64,000 nt of DNA, taken from IMG/VR virus record IMGVR_UViG_3300042542_006078; one strand, written 5' to 3'. Below, in pieces: positions 1 through 9,069 of the stretch (position 1 is its first letter; every line of letters begins with the position of its first letter). A model generated the notes under the pieces. The model made no database searches. It was not told where the DNA came from and was given only the letters and a program-made list of their open reading frames with translations. The DNA comes from a virus (lineage: Duplodnaviria; Caudoviricetes). Made by a program: the position numbers and the translations under genes.

Positions 1-121
1 ATAATAATCTCACGATATGTCATGCTTTCAATTGTTTTTCCATAAAATCTTGCCCATTCAATTAAAAGGAGCATAAGCTTATGGTTGTTTATTACTCTAC
101 TGTTTTCACAAGGAGCATTCA

Positions 122-1009
122 ATGAAAATTGTTGCATTGGTCACCGGGGGTACAGGTTTTATAGGATATCACCTTTGCAAGTTTTTGTTTGAAAACGGAT
201 ATCATGTAATGGCAACGGGAGTCCAAGGTGAAAATAATCCTTTTTGTCACAAGCTTTATAGACTACCTTTAGACAATCTCCCCCATCAAGAAATGGGTCA
301 GGTTGATATCTGCTTCCATCAAGCCGCCAACAATAATACTATTGAAAGCGACTTGGACATGATGATTGAATCAAATGTCCAACAACCATCTATACTATTT
401 CGTAAACTTTTGCAAGAAAATAATTGTAAGAATTTTGTCTATGCTTCTTCATGTTCAGTGTATGGAGACCAATCTGTTCCTTTTCACGAGGAAAAGACAA
501 AACCCAATCCTCTTAATGTTTATGCTCAATCTAAATTGTTATTTGAAAGATTTGCAGAAGATTTCGCCTTGAACAATCAAGTTAAAGCAGTTGGCCTAAG
601 ATACACTAATGTTTATGGAAAATATGAAAATCACAAAGAAAAAAGAGCAAGCATGATTTTTCAAATTTTAGAAAAATGTATCAAAAAAGAAACGATAAAA
701 TTGTTCTACAATGGAGAACAGTTAAGAGATTGGGTTCATGTCGATGATGTTGTAAAAGCAAATATAAAAGCTGCCAACTATTCTGGATCAGGTATTTTTA
801 ATGTTGGATATGGAAGATCCTGTTCTTTTAATCATCTGGTCGAAACTATTTCCTACATGATTTCCAAAAATCCAAAAATAAAATATATTCCATGTAATTT
901 CATAAAAAAATACCAATCTCATACTGCTGTTGATCTTTTTAAGTCGAACAATCAACTAGGATTCTATCCAGAAATATCATTGCCAGAAGGAGTTAGACTG
1001 ATGTTATAA
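122..1009 (+). CDS. rfaD: NAD-dependent epimerase, ADP-L-glycero-D-manno-heptose 6-epimerase-like
   Basis: GGTGFIG Rossmann motif, YASSCSVYG, YAQSK (YxxxK), GLRYTNVYG, GEQLRDWVHVDDV. Confidence 0.75.
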   Translation: MKIVALVTGGTGFIGYHLCKFLFENGYHVMATGVQGENNPFCHKLYRLPLDNLPHQEMGQVDICFHQAANNNTIESDLDMMIESNVQQPSILFRKLLQENNCKNFVYASSCSVYGDQSVPFHEEKTKPNPLNVYAQSKLLFERFAEDFALNNQVKAVGLRYTNVYGKYENHKEKRASMIFQILEKCIKKETIKLFYNGEQLRDWVHVDDVVKANIKAANYSGSGIFNVGYGRSCSFNHLVETISYMISKNPKIKYIPCNFIKKYQSHTAVDLFKSNNQLGFYPEISLPEGVRLML

Positions 1010-1038
1010 AAAATGCCATCCTTTCGGATGGCATTTTT
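1009..1038. terminator. Bidirectional intrinsic terminator
   Basis: AAAAATGCCATCC-TTTC-GGATGGCATTTTT between convergent genes. Confidence 0.85.
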
Positions 1039-1059
1039 GGCTAATTAGTAAATTAGAAT

Positions 1060-2379
1060 TTATGGTTCTCTTCTCAATGAAATATAGAGATTATCTTGAT
1101 CGACAGAGGTAAAAAGTGCTTCGCAACCATTGCTGAATTTAGTTGCAGGATTTCCACCTTCTAACATTCCATTAACACTTTTCCACCAATTGGCTTCTTC
1201 TTTGGTAACATGTTTCTTGGAATCGTGCTTTTTGCCATGGTGTTTGCGTTTGCGAAGTTCGGCAAAGTCATGACCAGTAATCTTTCCGTCTGGCTTGCCT
1301 TTTGGTCCTGAAACATCGAGTTTCTTTTGTCCGCCCTTCAGCATCTTTTTCTTTTCAGTCATACCACAGCCCATGTATTTCATCTTTTTCTTTTCAGTCA
1401 TATCAGAGTCCATGCATTTCATCTTTTTCTTTTCAGTCATATCAGAGTCCATGCATTTCATCTTTTTCTTTTCAGTCATATCAGAGTCCATGTATTTCAT
1501 CTTTTTCTCGTCAGTCATACCACAGCCCATGTATTTCATCTTTTTCTTACCATACATTTTGGCTTCCATGCGAGGCATATCTTCTTCTTCATGATCTTCA
1601 TCATCGTGGCTCAACATATCTTCATCACGACCTTCTTTGTCATGACCTAGCATATCATCTTCATCTTCATCTTCATCTTCATCTTCATCTTCGTATTCAT
1701 CTTCATCTTCGTATTCATCTTCATCTTCATCTTCATCTTCATCTTCGTATTCATCTTCGTATTCTTGATCATGGTCTTCGTCGCCATGACCTAGCATATC
1801 ATCTTCATCTTCATCTTCATCTTCATCTTCATCTTCATCTTCATCTTCATCTTCATCTTCATCTTCATCTTCATCTTCGTCATGATCTTCATGGTCGTGA
1901 TCATCTTCATGGTCGTGGCTAATCATTTCTTCGTCTTCGTCCTCGTCTTCGTCACCATGCTGAGTGATCATTTCTTCATCATCCATCATATCTTCGTCAT
2001 CTTGCATTTCTGTGTAATCAAAAGATTCCATCTTGCAGGAATTGCACTTTTTTGTGCCATTCTTTTTAGCCATTGAACCACACTTAGCGCCGCACTTAGA
2101 ACAAGTGCCTTGTTTGTGCTTGCGCTTGCGTTTCTTGCTCTTATGAGGCTTATGATCTTCGGAATCAAGCTCTACATCAACATCTGGCTTGTCTTTTGCC
2201 TCTGCTGGTTCAACTAGATCGGTGTCCTCGCCCTTCATCTTCTTTTTCTTTTTCTTGAACATTCCTTCCTCAAATCCAAACTGAGATTGAATGCCAAGGT
2301 TCGACGGTCTGCCCAATCCTAAATTGAAGCTAGGGAGAACAGATTCATTTACCATTTTCCATTGCTTGTATGACAACAT
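1060..2379 (-). CDS. Acidic low-complexity protein with CTS-like N-terminus (putative head core/internal protein)
   Basis: MLSYKQWKMVNE start, long D/E tract, 13-aa tandem repeats, SD GAGAGGA upstream. Confidence 0.7.
   Translation of the reverse strand: MLSYKQWKMVNESVLPSFNLGLGRPSNLGIQSQFGFEEGMFKKKKKKMKGEDTDLVEPAEAKDKPDVDVELDSEDHKPHKSKKRKRKHKQGTCSKCGAKCGSMAKKNGTKKCNSCKMESFDYTEMQDDEDMMDDEEMITQHGDEDEDEDEEMISHDHEDDHDHEDHDEDEDEDEDEDEDEDEDEDEDEDEDEDDMLGHGDEDHDQEYEDEYEDEDEDEDEDEYEDEDEYEDEDEDEDEDEDDMLGHDKEGRDEDMLSHDDEDHEEEDMPRMEAKMYGKKKMKYMGCGMTDEKKMKYMDSDMTEKKKMKCMDSDMTEKKKMKCMDSDMTEKKKMKYMGCGMTEKKKMLKGGQKKLDVSGPKGKPDGKITGHDFAELRKRKHHGKKHDSKKHVTKEEANWWKSVNGMLEGGNPATKFSNGCEALFTSVDQDNLYISLRREP
1342..1545. 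repeat. 39-bp tandem repeat, five copies plus a partial, encoding MTEKKKMK(Y/C)M(DSD/GCG)
   Basis: Units start at 1342, 1381, 1420, 1459, 1498 and 1537 (partial). Confidence 0.95.
1655..1880. repeat. (TCTTCA)n coding microsatellite encoding poly-(Glu-Asp)
   Basis: Long hexamer runs, with a duplicated DDMLGH segment; approximate bounds. Confidence 0.9.
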
Positions 2380-2388
2380 TGTATTCCT

Positions 2389-2432
2389 CTCACCGTCATT
2401 TGAGGACGGGGCTCACCGTCAAATAATGACGG
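2389..2432 (-). promoter_or_regulatory. Tandem CTCA-CCGTC-N7-GACGG inverted-repeat elements in a 5' leader
   Basis: CCGTC 2393-2397/GACGG 2405-2409 and CCGTC 2416-2420/GACGG 2428-2432, 23-bp period, directly upstream of the SD. Confidence 0.55.
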
Positions 2433-2486
2433 ATAAATGAAACTAATCTATATATGTACAGTTAAAATTTTTTATTCGGTAAAAGC

Positions 2487-3290
2487 ATGAGAAAACTATT
2501 GGTTGCGACTATTATCATCTTTGGTTTTTTATGCATTTATTATTCAATTAAATACAAACATAAAAAAAATATTCAAAATGAAACAAGTTTACCTCATATG
2601 GAAAACAAGAAACCAATTAATAAAAACATTCCAGTTATAAATAAAATCAATGAAAAAAATGCAAAAATTAGATCGGTTTTGCTCAAGTCTATGCCAATCA
2701 AAATCAATAATGGCAATTTTACTTTTAGATTAACTGGTGATTTGGCTCACGAAAAAGAAAAAAACTTTCGTTTCATAGCAACAAGTAAATTAACTGGTAG
2801 GGAAATGGATTTGGGATCAAATAGGGAAATTTTTTGGTTTTGGTCTAAAAGAATCAATCCTCCAGCACTTTACTTTGCCAAGCATGAAGATCTGTCAAAA
2901 ACAAATCTTAAAACCCCATTGAATCCTTCTTGGATGATTGAATCATTGAATGTAGGACTTGTTAATCAAAAAAATATACATGGTTTTACAGAAACTGATA
3001 TTTATCTCCATCTTTTTGAAAAAAGGCTATCTTCTTCTGGGGAAGATTGCATATTCATGACAACAATCAATAAATTAACTGAAAATATTTGTTCTAGAAG
3101 ATTGACAGACAGTAATGGAAAAGTAATAGTAAGCACGGCATATAACGACCATATAACCACGATAGAATGGAAAGATGAAAATGTGACTATGGAATGGGAC
3201 ACGAAGGTCAGACAACTTAATGTTGATCTGCCCGAATCTATGTGGAAAATTCCCGATTATAAAAAGAAAATTAATATGGCGATTGAATGA
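2487..3290 (+). CDS. Hypothetical membrane-anchored/exported protein
   Basis: N-terminal hydrophobic helix; GSNREIFWFWSK..PPALYF motif. Confidence 0.7.
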   Translation: MRKLLVATIIIFGFLCIYYSIKYKHKKNIQNETSLPHMENKKPINKNIPVINKINEKNAKIRSVLLKSMPIKINNGNFTFRLTGDLAHEKEKNFRFIATSKLTGREMDLGSNREIFWFWSKRINPPALYFAKHEDLSKTNLKTPLNPSWMIESLNVGLVNQKNIHGFTETDIYLHLFEKRLSSSGEDCIFMTTINKLTENICSRRLTDSNGKVIVSTAYNDHITTIEWKDENVTMEWDTKVRQLNVDLPESMWKIPDYKKKINMAIE

Positions 3291-3524
3291 TTACTTGTTC
3301 AAAGATTTTCTAATTGCATCTCTTCTGAGAGCCTGAACTTTTCTTCTTTCCAAGTTGACACCTCCAGAATTGACAGGCGTTTGTGGAGGAACAGCCTGAT
3401 TTCTCACTTCGGTAGGAGTTCGGACTGATGCCACTCCTCTTGTTGTGGATCTTGCTGATGTGATAGGCCTAACCATTGGTGTTCTGCTATTGCTTCCAAC
3501 ACCTTTTTTGCAACCACAAGCCAT
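3291..3524 (-). CDS. Small basic protein with N-terminal CGC motif
   Basis: MACGCKK start, SD GGAGG upstream. Confidence 0.65.
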   Translation of the reverse strand: MACGCKKGVGSNSRTPMVRPITSARSTTRGVASVRTPTEVRNQAVPPQTPVNSGGVNLERRKVQALRRDAIRKSLNK

Positions 3525-3538
3525 AGTCCTCCATTTCC

Positions 3539-3748
3539 TTATAAGGGGTTTCTTGAGCGTGTTTTTGAGATTTTGTTCTTTCTTTCATGAACCGCTTTAA
3601 TTAAACTCGCCAACGCTTGCTTTTCTTCCATTAGATTGTCTGGTGGCATATTCATGGGTTGAGAGGGGCCAAAATTTGAGCCTCCTCCACGGCAACCACA
3701 ACCGCCACTTTGCTTGGGAACCGAATCTTGTTTTTGTTCGTTTTCCAT
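3539..3748 (-). CDS. Small protein with GGCGC motif
   Basis: TAAATA box (minus strand, 3753-3758) 4 nt upstream of ATG; tandem with 3291-3524. Confidence 0.6.
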   Translation of the reverse strand: MENEQKQDSVPKQSGGCGCRGGGSNFGPSQPMNMPPDNLMEEKQALASLIKAVHERKNKISKTRSRNPL

Positions 3749-3776
3749 ACTCTATTTATCCTTGGGGAACAGAAAA

Positions 3777-5300
3777 ATGCATTCCGAAGATGAAATACAA
3801 AATCTTGTCAAGACTGCTCTTGATCTAGCTTATAAAAAGTTTCAAGAAAAGAAATTTGAAATAGTTTGTGTCATTGCAGAGCAAATAATCAAGATTATGC
3901 CAAATGAGTACGCCGCCATGCAAATTCTTGGTCTTTCTTACAGCGCACTTCAAAGACACGACGAATCAATTAAAATCCTAAGTGAGTGCCTTGAAAAAAA
4001 CCCAGATAATCCCGAAACACTCAATGATTTAGCATTATGCGAGTCAAATCGTGGCCTTTACGAAAAAGCAATATTATTGCTCGAAAAAGCAATTCAAATA
4101 AATCCTGAAATGTCTGAACTGCATAGCAATTTAGGGCTTCAATATAGACATAAGGAGCAACACGAAAAAGCAATAGAGTGTTTTAATAAAGCCCTCCAAA
4201 TAAAGCCTATTCCAACCACATATGCCATGATGGGAGGCTGTTATGGTGAATTAAAACAACTAGAAAAAGCAAAAAAATACATAAAAAAAGCAATTGAAAT
4301 GAAACCTGATTTCGCTGCTGCCCATGTTGATCTTGCTTCTATTCTAAAGTTGCAAGGAAAATGGCCTGATGGATTCGAGGAATATGAATGGCGATATGAT
4401 GTCCACGATCAATTGCAAGTATGGAAAAAAATATATGACCCAAACAAAAGATGGCATGGAGAAGAAATTAATGGCAAAAGAATAATCATACACACTGAAC
4501 AAGGACATGGAGATGCAATTCACTTTGTTCGTTATTTGAAACCTCTTAAAGACAGAGGTGCCTATGTTATTCTGCACTGCAATGAGATTCTGCAAGGCAT
4601 ATTTTCTTCTTTTGCTGACGAAATATTCACGCAAGAACCAGACAAAATGAGTTCTTGGCAAGAAGGGAACGGAATTCCGAAACATGAATATCATTGCCCG
4701 ATGTTGAGTCTTCCTCATATTTTCAAATCAATTTACACTTATCCATCATACATTAAAGTTGACCGTAAATTTGATCTATCCAATTACAAAGATTTTTACA
4801 AAATTGGCATAGTTTGGGCTGGCAATCCTCAACACCCGAATGACAGACAAAGATCATGCAAACTTGAGTTATTCAGGCAAATTAGTGAAATGCCAAATGT
4901 TAAATTATTTAGTTTAATGAAAGATACAAGAACAAGAGCCTATGTCCATGAAAATAAACCTATCGACTTAACAGATGGCGCAGAAGACATGAAAGTTGTT
5001 GATCTAAGGGACCAAATTCATGATTTTGAAGATACAGCAGCAATTATCAATTCTCTTGATTTAGTGATTGGTGTCGATACAGCAGTAATGCATCTAGTAG
5101 GAGCCATGGGTAAGCCTTCCATTCTTTTACTGCCTTGGAATCCAGATTGGAGATGGGAACTGGAAGGGTCATTCACAATATGGTATGGCAACATGCATAT
5201 AATCAGGCAAAAAACAAAAGGTGATTGGGAACCTGTTTTTGATGAGGCCAAACAAATATTAGAAAATTATTTAATCCGTCATCTTGATGTTATTGATTAA
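3777..5300 (+). CDS. TPR-repeat protein with C-terminal GT-B (GT9-like) glycosyltransferase domain
   Basis: TPR helices, then EQGHGDAIHFVRY, KIGIVWAGNP, LDLVIGVDTAVMHLVGAMGKP, WRW; start moved to MHSEDE. Confidence 0.85.
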   Translation: MHSEDEIQNLVKTALDLAYKKFQEKKFEIVCVIAEQIIKIMPNEYAAMQILGLSYSALQRHDESIKILSECLEKNPDNPETLNDLALCESNRGLYEKAILLLEKAIQINPEMSELHSNLGLQYRHKEQHEKAIECFNKALQIKPIPTTYAMMGGCYGELKQLEKAKKYIKKAIEMKPDFAAAHVDLASILKLQGKWPDGFEEYEWRYDVHDQLQVWKKIYDPNKRWHGEEINGKRIIIHTEQGHGDAIHFVRYLKPLKDRGAYVILHCNEILQGIFSSFADEIFTQEPDKMSSWQEGNGIPKHEYHCPMLSLPHIFKSIYTYPSYIKVDRKFDLSNYKDFYKIGIVWAGNPQHPNDRQRSCKLELFRQISEMPNVKLFSLMKDTRTRAYVHENKPIDLTDGAEDMKVVDLRDQIHDFEDTAAIINSLDLVIGVDTAVMHLVGAMGKPSILLLPWNPDWRWELEGSFTIWYGNMHIIRQKTKGDWEPVFDEAKQILENYLIRHLDVID

Positions 5301-5304
5301 AAAT

Positions 5305-5344
5305 AAAGCAACCCCTGATAAACTTCATGGTCAGGGGCTGCTTT
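5305..5344. terminator. Hairpin terminator between convergent genes
   Basis: AAAGCA-A-CCCCTGA...TCAGGGG-C-TGCTTT. Confidence 0.65.
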
Positions 5345-5362
5345 GATAAATTATTTTTTTAA

Positions 5363-5722
5363 TCAGCGAGATGGGCGAGAAGAAGAGCTAGTGGTCTGGG
5401 TGGTTGCGCTCTGGGCTGGAGTCTTAGCCACTGGATTGGTGACTGGCGACTTCTTTGCGGCCTTCTTCGTAGCGGTTGCAGCAGTCTTCTGCTTGCTGGT
5501 TTGAGTGGTTTCGCCAAAATTAACATCACTGAAGCCATAGGCCTTTGCGAAGTTGCGAGCGGCACCAACTACAGCCGAACGGGTTGGAAACATAGTTGAA
5601 TTGTCGGCCTTGCGAACCAACTTAAAAGGACGACCACCACACATGGTGACAGTTCCTTCAAAAACTTCGGCATCGCTGGTGCCTTTACGACTGGTGATGC
5701 GAACTGGTAGAGTATTACTCAT
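5363..5722 (-). CDS. Hypothetical early protein with Lys/Ala/Thr-rich tail
   Basis: SD AAAGGA, upstream sigma70-like promoter, KKAAKK tail. Confidence 0.75.
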   Translation of the reverse strand: MSNTLPVRITSRKGTSDAEVFEGTVTMCGGRPFKLVRKADNSTMFPTRSAVVGAARNFAKAYGFSDVNFGETTQTSKQKTAATATKKAAKKSPVTNPVAKTPAQSATTQTTSSSSRPSR

Positions 5723-5739
5723 TGCTTGCTGTCCTTTCG

Positions 5740-5756
5740 CCGTCTCAATGTGACGG
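5740..5756 (-). promoter_or_regulatory. CCGTC-N7-GACGG element adjacent to the SD
   Basis: CCGTC-TCAATGT-GACGG, same arms and spacing as at 2393 and 2416. Confidence 0.5.
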
Positions 5757-5799
5757 ATTTCTTCCTAATGCTTGGTGGCAAAATCCACCGAACAGGAAA

Positions 5800-5828
5800 A
5801 TTATAAAAGAATTTAATGGCAGAATCAA
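5800..5828 (-). promoter_or_regulatory. sigma70-like early promoter
   Basis: Minus strand TTGATT-17 bp-TATAAT. Confidence 0.7.
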
Positions 5829-6523
5829 GAATAATTCAAAGATTTCATCATAATTGGATGAAAATTTTTTATTTTGTCATAAGGAAACTTGATGTCTGGA
5901 GGTAAACATTCAAGGAATGTGGGCGACAAAGAGTGTTTGTTGCTTGGTCTTTCACGCTTTTTATGGAATTCGCTTATAGAATTTGCATATTTGGAAAAAA
6001 ACTTGTTGACATCTAAAGAAGGAACATTCTTTTCCAAATCGAAACTATCAACCACACTTTCAATTGTTTCGCAGACAGACTCTAGTTGTATTTTTTTACC
6101 ATCATCTCCGATACGACTGAAGTCAATAAACCACAACATTGTTTCTTCGTCGTACATGAATAATGGATTTCTAAGACCAATTTCTTTATGAGCTTGAATG
6201 TAGTCTTTGATCTGGCAAAACCACATCCTTGGACGGCCATTAAGATAATTTTGAAAATAAAACCAAGCTATTATTGACTTAAAACTTAATATAAGAACAT
6301 TATTTTTTCTTTGGGTTTGAAAAGCATTCCTTAAACAAAACTCACAAAAAAAAGTTGAATCTGGTCCAAGTTTTTTACAATAAGTATAATTTTTTGAATC
6401 ACTTTCGCATTTTTTGAGGCAAAATTCGCAGTAGCGAATAAATAAATCAGATAACTCTCCTGATGATGGCATCAACAGGGTTGACAGTTGAATTTGACTC
6501 ACATTCATAGTTTGTAGTTTCAT
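5825..6523 (-). CDS. Hypothetical protein with CxxC pairs
   Basis: 232-aa ORF; CEFC and FCEFC motifs. Confidence 0.65.
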   Translation of the reverse strand: MKLQTMNVSQIQLSTLLMPSSGELSDLFIRYCEFCLKKCESDSKNYTYCKKLGPDSTFFCEFCLRNAFQTQRKNNVLILSFKSIIAWFYFQNYLNGRPRMWFCQIKDYIQAHKEIGLRNPLFMYDEETMLWFIDFSRIGDDGKKIQLESVCETIESVVDSFDLEKNVPSLDVNKFFSKYANSISEFHKKRERPSNKHSLSPTFLECLPPDIKFPYDKIKNFHPIMMKSLNYS

Positions 6524-6596
6524 GTGTGATAAATTTCACAAACTGCATACATAATAATAAGTGAGTCATCAAAACTCAATATGAGGCAGAAAAATT

Positions 6597-6821
6597 ATGA
6601 ATACATTTGTTAAATGGGCAGAAAAAACCAAAAAAGAACTTCCTGTTTACATGCAGGATGAAGCAACACGCCGTGCTGGCATTGCTTATTGGGCTTATCC
6701 AGATGCGTATGTTCGCAATCAATATCCAGATGCTTGGTTTACTCCATACGCAGCCGATGCTCCATTCAAGCTTGGTTACGGAAAAGGTGGTCCTAAGGCG
6801 AATAAACAGGTGGATGGCTGA
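6597..6821 (+). CDS. Small CTS-like protein, paralog 1 (GIAYWAYPD family)
   Basis: MNTFVKWAE start; SD GAGG; TACATA box at 6548-6553. Confidence 0.75.
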   Translation: MNTFVKWAEKTKKELPVYMQDEATRRAGIAYWAYPDAYVRNQYPDAWFTPYAADAPFKLGYGKGGPKANKQVDG

Positions 6822-7132
6822 TTAAAAGTTTCATTCAATGGGCAACTGACAATAAGTTTGAACTACCAGTTTTTCAAACAGATGAAGGCGGTGGCAGCAC
6901 TGCAAGAGGTGGCATTGCTTATTGGGCATATCCTGATGGATATATCAGAGCGCATTATCCAGATGCTTACTTTATGAGTCGTGCTGCTGATGCCTTATTC
7001 AAGATGCATCCCGGCCCGCCAATCACTAAATACAAACACCATGTCAGTCGTCACATGACATCTCCCAACTATGCGATTGGGCCAGATAGTGAAATTGAGT
7101 ACGAAAAGGAAAAAGATTACGAAACAGAATGA
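6818..7132 (+). CDS. Small CTS-like protein, paralog 2 (missed by ORF track; probable CTG start)
   Basis: Translates (L)IKSFIQWATDNKFELPVF...GGIAYWAYPDGYIRAHYPDAYF...AADALFK, clearly paralogous to 6597-6821; in-frame TAA at 6803-6805, no ATG before the conserved region. Confidence 0.75.
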   Translation: MIKSFIQWATDNKFELPVFQTDEGGGSTARGGIAYWAYPDGYIRAHYPDAYFMSRAADALFKMHPGPPITKYKHHVSRHMTSPNYAIGPDSEIEYEKEKDYETE

Positions 7133-7138
7133 AAACAG

Positions 7139-7167
7139 AAAACCCGCTCTTTTGAGCGGGTTTTTTT
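7139..7167. terminator. Bidirectional intrinsic terminator
   Basis: AAAACCCGCTC-TTTT-GAGCGGGTTTTTTT. Confidence 0.9.
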
Positions 7168-7247
7168 GTTTAGCTTCTTGCAATTTTAATTCGATTTGAC
7201 AGGTATAGAAAAATTTGCATCATGTATTTTTACTTATTCAATATTAA

Positions 7248-7889
7248 TCATTTGTATTCATATGATGATGGATCTATTCTTTCTTTATAAAGATCCATTT
7301 TTGTATTATAGAAGCTTTTGACTTTTGGATTATTTTTTGATATGAAATTATATTCTGCGTGATGTCTTTCTTCAGATCCTTTTGGCAAATCTCCGACTAG
7401 TATGTTTTCAAGAGACTTAATGTAATTAGAATTTGCCCACCAAAAGTTTCCAGCAAATAAAGATATATTATAATATGATATCCATTCTGCGCCACAAACA
7501 TCATATTCGTCAAGAGCATCTATGCAACTTTTGTGTTTGTTTACAACAAAGTATTCTAAATATTTTCTCCAACTTTTTATATTAGAATTATCTTTTCTTA
7601 CTGCGCCTTTTGTGTGAATGTACCAAATCTTACATGGTTCTATTGTTTGACACATTTCATGCATTTTCCTTAATGTCTCATTCTCTCCTTTTTTTATGTT
7701 TTCATTATGTGCAACTATCTTTGCCTTCGGTAATAAATTGATTTTTGGCATTGCTCCAGAAACACCAATATAAACATTTTCAGTGATGTCTAGCAACCCA
7801 GAACTATTTAGCAATTCAACATGTTCTTCATATATCGATTGCCATATTCCTATGTTGCCAATATGGTAAAAACCATTTATTCTACTCAT
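7248..7889 (-). CDS. Putative glycosyltransferase-like protein
   Basis: WYIHTKG, WRKYLEYF and FAGNFWWANSNYI motifs, which I recall from viral GT-like ORFs (unverified). Confidence 0.5.
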   Translation of the reverse strand: MSRINGFYHIGNIGIWQSIYEEHVELLNSSGLLDITENVYIGVSGAMPKINLLPKAKIVAHNENIKKGENETLRKMHEMCQTIEPCKIWYIHTKGAVRKDNSNIKSWRKYLEYFVVNKHKSCIDALDEYDVCGAEWISYYNISLFAGNFWWANSNYIKSLENILVGDLPKGSEERHHAEYNFISKNNPKVKSFYNTKMDLYKERIDPSSYEYK

Positions 7890-8009
7890 AATTCATATTC
7901 TTCAAAAATGTTGAAATTAATCTGAGCCTTATATTATTTGAATGAAAACACCTCTTGGTGTCCTACTCTTTGGTAGGAACTGATTGCCAAGAAGTATTAA
8001 AATTCATCA

Positions 8010-8348
8010 TTAGATCTTCGCTTTTTTGACTCTATTTTTACGATCTTCGTCATTGATGCTTTGGGTGTCATTGGGAACCATTTGTGGAACCCTCTCCCAA
8101 TAGCCCCATTGATCATCGTTTTGCGGGTTCTGGAATACCATTCCTCTCTTCCAATACTTGTTCAATAATTCTTCAACTCTTTCTTTTGATAGTCCAGATT
8201 CTTTGGCAATAGCAGCAACACTTCTCCATTGCCATTTGGGATTCCTAGCCAAAGCGATGAAAAAATCCTGTTCTTCGTCTCCGGCCTTGCATCCCTGCGG
8301 GTAAACATCTGTCCATTTTGGTGGATTTTTCATGATTGCTCCAATCAA
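8010..8348 (-). CDS. Hypothetical protein, possible winged helix-turn-helix
   Basis: WRSVAAIAKESGLSKERVEELLNKYWKRGMV. Confidence 0.6.
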   Translation of the reverse strand: MIGAIMKNPPKWTDVYPQGCKAGDEEQDFFIALARNPKWQWRSVAAIAKESGLSKERVEELLNKYWKRGMVFQNPQNDDQWGYWERVPQMVPNDTQSINDEDRKNRVKKAKI

Positions 8349-8530
8349 ATTATCATTTACAATAATAAGAATGATTTATTGTAATTGTTTGAGTTATTCA
8401 AAAAGTATTTTCTTTACATACTATATTATTATACATGATGGCGAGAAAATAAAAACTCGTAATTTTTGTTTTTAGCAACTTGTTATTCAATAAAGCATCA
8501 TGAGAAAGAAAAACGAAAGAGCGAGGCAAA

Positions 8531-9016
8531 ATGAGATATTCTCCAAAACCCAACCGACTAGAACGCAGAACGATCAATGCCGAAAAACTTGCCAACAATA
8601 TGGGCGGTTCAGGCCTTTACATCTATGAAAACAATACGAACAGCGATCTAAAATTACCAAAGCCAACCGCTTCTGGTGTGCGTGTGGTTGGTCCTCGCAA
8701 ACGATTTCAGGGCGATAGCTATTATTTGATTTGGGTAGGCAGGCCTATGAATCTCCTTCGTTTAATTGAAGAAATCACACCCAAGAAAACAACGCAAGAA
8801 ATTGCTGAGGAAATTGCAAGGAGAAATTCCCCTATGAACGAACAAAAATTGATTTTGGATCAGCCAGATACCATCACATCAAAAGGCAAGATTGAGCATG
8901 TTGTCGATAACGAGCATCCAGTCCAACCTCTGAATGATTCAACAGCATCCAAGCCAGCAGTTGATTTTCTTCTCAATGAGAATCCACTTGATGGTGTTGC
9001 TATCACCAAAGGTTGA
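8531..9016 (+). CDS. Hypothetical protein
   Basis: 161-aa ORF, SD GAGG. Confidence 0.65.
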   Translation: MRYSPKPNRLERRTINAEKLANNMGGSGLYIYENNTNSDLKLPKPTASGVRVVGPRKRFQGDSYYLIWVGRPMNLLRLIEEITPKKTTQEIAEEIARRNSPMNEQKLILDQPDTITSKGKIEHVVDNEHPVQPLNDSTASKPAVDFLLNENPLDGVAITKG

Positions 9017-9069
9017 ATAATCACTTCTTCTTGTTGCTGAAAAAAAGCCATGCAAGGATAAATACCTGC

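Noticed and set aside
1295-2168. Plus-strand ORFs over the acidic gene (poly-LH and similar)
   Set aside because: Antisense or shifted-frame shadows of stop-poor repeats; no SD or promoter
6995-7183. Minus-strand 62-aa ORF
   Set aside because: Antisense to the hidden paralog and runs through the terminator hairpin
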